From Oopsacas minuta (taxonomy: Eukaryota; Animalia; Porifera): DNA of 64,000 bases. Position 1 is the first letter of the stretch. The number at the start of each line of letters is the position of its first letter. Location: positions 1,256,619 through 1,320,618 of the forward strand of contig JAKMXF010000111.1 in the NCBI GenBank assembly GCA_024704765.1. The letters run 5' to 3'. Both the position numbers and the translations under genes were made by a program. The notes beneath the pieces are model-generated. The model saw only the letters and a list, made by a program, of their open reading frames with translations, was not told the DNA's origin and did not search any database. Below, piece after piece: positions 41,217-44,700 of the stretch.

Positions 41217-41658
41217 GTAGTAGACAACAAATCTTTACGATTCAAGAACCTTTCTACGAAACTATTAGTCAACCACCTAACGAAGAACCCGATGATACTC
41301 CAGATGTCACAATCAATACCACAATTACAACAGATTTAGAATATACTAGTTCAGAAAATTCAAATGATCATCTCTAAACCAAACATGATTACATAGCCTG
41401 TCAGCAATCAACACTTTCAGAAACCACCATTGCTCAAATCCACTTTATATAGTAACTCCCATAAATAATATTAGTAAGCTCATATACGCTTTATCATCTT
41501 TCGTTACTCAGAAATCTAGAATGTTCCTTCAAACCTTAGAATAGCAGCAATCAGTTATATTTAGTACTATAGTTGTGTTTGTACTGATGAGCTGGATAAA
41601 TAGCCAGCGAAACAAATTATGTTATTGTCTACTACTATTAAATCTACATATACTCTTT

Positions 41659-41706
<48 letters not shown>

Positions 41707-44700
41707 TAATAATAACAATAATAATAACAACAATAAATGTATATATGAGAACCTTGAAATTCGGATTCAAGTCATTCAACCCAGTATAAATGTTGAGAGC
41801 AAATCTCTTCCAATATTTTCAGATTAGTAAATTTGTTTAATTGGATTCAGCATATTATATTTTGAATTTAATACTGCTTACTAAGGACAGGCTACATTTT
41901 GAAATTTTTCGGCCACTGAAAGTCTTAAAATGGTGAATGCGGCCCACTTTGCAGACCCCTGAAGTAGACTATGAACACCACACAGCTACACACACATAGG
42001 GTATACAATGTCACATCACTTTACAATCGTTTTATTAAGATTCGTATGACTCCATTTAAGAATATAAAAGGATTTTCAATAAATAAGTATCCAGTACATC
42101 AACCTGTTATATTGTTACTCGTTATTCTGTGAGTTCAGTATATTAGAAAATACGTCAATCGCATAACAATCAGTTAGATTAGTGGAATATATGGCGAAGT
42201 GGTTAATTACGTTAATTATTAAGTCAGAAATACTGAAAATTCTCCAAATAAGTTATGCAGAACAAAGTGCAGCTAATAAGGCGGTAAGTGTATGTGGGTT
42301 TCGAGAGATTACATTCAATCATTTTCCTAGTAGAACAGCCCTGAAGATATTTACGGGATTCATTAACAAAGAATTTTTGAGATTCGTACAATGTTTGCAT
42401 AAATCAATAGATTGTTGTAAGACAGTGATGTTGCTATCTATCTCATTCAGCAGGGATTCTCAAGTGGAATCAGACAGCACTTCTTCTCAATATCATATAA
42501 AAGAAACGTTCTCACTGATTTTGAGTTAAATTTACTCATGAATTATATATATTTACAATTTCTACTGCTGATCCTAGTTATAGCATACACAAACAGTGAG
42601 TCATGTGATGTGTATGGAGAGTTAAGAGAAGTGAAGGAGGGAAGGAAGAATTCCCCACAGGTATGTGATTACGATAATTCAGGTTCATTAAACTGGTACC
42701 AGATATGCGATAATGGATGGGATATAGATGATGCAGATGTATGGTGCAAACAGCTGGGTTATATTGAAGCAGAAAATAAAGGTAAATCAGTCAAGAAACC
42801 AGGTAATAATCGGAATACAGTAAAGATGAATAATTTCAACTGTAATCCTGATACAGACAAGAAGCTGGTGGACTGTTCTAATGTGAAACAAACCAATAAA
42901 TGTGATTATGTAACAGATATAAAGTGTAAGAGATGTGATAGTGATATACAATGTATTGGAGTAGGCTCTTGTAATATAGGTAGTGGTATCTGTAAGTGTT
43001 CAAACAACAGTACTTGTGGAGTTGGAATGATGTGCAAGGAAGAAAGATGCGAGTGTATACGCTCATCTTGTCAAACTTGTCAACAAGAATGTCAAAATGA
43101 TGGAATATGTCAGAATGATGGAACATGTGAGTGTGTTGGATTATATTACGGAGATAGTTGTCAGGATAAATTGTGTACCAATGAATGTCCTGATAATAGC
43201 TTTTGCGTTACAGTTGGAGAATGTGTAGTAACCGTCATACCAACCACAGAACCTAAAACTACACTTGTTGAAATTCCTATAACTACAACAAAACAATCCA
43301 TAGCTACAATAACTACAGAACGACCTACAACCATGCTATCTACTAAAGCACATATAACTACACTTCCTATTGTACTACCTACTGTAACCACAAAACTTTT
43401 AGAAGTAACTAATTCAGATCATTCAACAACAAAGCCTGAAAAAGAAGTACCAAACACTCCAGAACAAGATTCCAGGCCTGGTTTAACATTAATGGAAAAG
43501 CTAATACTGAGTATAAGTATCTCAGCAGGACTAGCTTGTATCATTATAACCTGTATTGCAGTCCTGTCAATTTGCTTTATAAGTAACATTAGAAAGAAAA
43601 GGAAGAGAGTACTCATGAAGGAGAATGAATACGAAGAGATGGCAGCTCTACCCAGCTGTAGTTTCCATGAGTCTGCTAACTGTTCTGATAATATTTCTAT
43701 CAGCTCTCCTATTGAATATGATTCGGTTGTAGAAGAGGTTATGTCTTATTCTACGATAGACAGTGTATCTGAATTTGTTAATGCAACAAACCAAGCTCCA
43801 TATTACTCTACAGTAAGAGAAAGCATCCCCGTTGATGAGGTAGCTGTAGAGGAACTGCCATACTACTCTACTGTAGGAGAAATAATACCAGCTATTAGCA
43901 TAGAAGAACCAGCTCCGTACTACTCTACAGTAGGAGAGAATAACCTAGATAGTGAGGCAGTTAATACGGAGGTACAAGCTCCATACTATTCTACAGCGGG
44001 GGATATATCAACAGGGAATGAGCCAGGTATATATGAGAGTATAGAGTTTGGGTATAGAGACTATGAGAATGTCAACGAGAACAATCCAATAGAGCCTTAT
44101 CTGATCACTTAGCGATATTTTTAATATGGACAGTTGGATACATATACTAATTTATTAAATCATTGTAAATGGCACGCAGTAATCTATAATGATACAATTG
44201 TAAGGATTGGTCTGAATTGAAATAAGATAATATGAAATATATTTTATCAATAAAACTCGATGTGTATAGGTGCAGAATTAATGGAGGAAATGGTAAATAC
44301 AAACTTGAAATAAAACAGATGTATGGAATGAAATGTTACAAATGTTTAACCCATCAGACTTGATATAATACAAATGCATGATGATACAAGTTACATGATG
44401 ATCAGTTGCAATCCTATCTGAGCCTATAGATGTTGGCTAGTACAAATTACAACATATATTAGTAAGTAAGTTTATTCGATTTTCACCAATTTGATTAGTA
44501 GTTAAAGGTCAAAAGCAGCTGAATTTTGTATGTACTGTACCAAATATCATACTAAGTGCTCTGCTGATATGATATACTACGTATGCAGTAACTTCAGAAA
44601 AAATGCAATCATTAAACACAATAAGTATCATGTCATGTATTATGCAACAATATATACCAAAATGTTGAAGTAATTTATTATTCATAAAAATACATACTTG

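Larger units (their letters stand above)
3354..44697 (-). other. GSTZ1: GSTZ1 intron 5, 41,344 bp, host of the receptor cluster
   Basis: Phase-0 donor CAA|GTATGT at 44697 and acceptor TTTAG|AAT at 3354 join ...IQPIQ to NLRVL..., a contiguous GST-zeta motif. The other GSTZ1 introns are 63-1063 bp. Confidence 0.88.

Noticed and set aside
41129-41378. Open frame with poly-Asn followed by ...QEPFYETISQPP..., resembling a receptor tail remnant
   Set aside because: No start codon, signal peptide or TM, and it is built on an (AAT)n microsatellite; the resemblance could be chance.
42182-42529. 115-aa ORF just upstream of R14
   Set aside because: GTG start, no recognisable motifs; likely promoter or UTR sequence.
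3768-44112. Retrogene origin inferred from lack of introns
   Set aside because: PARG, the RING ligase and TSEN15 are also single-exon here, and I see no poly(A) tails or TSDs around the receptor genes.
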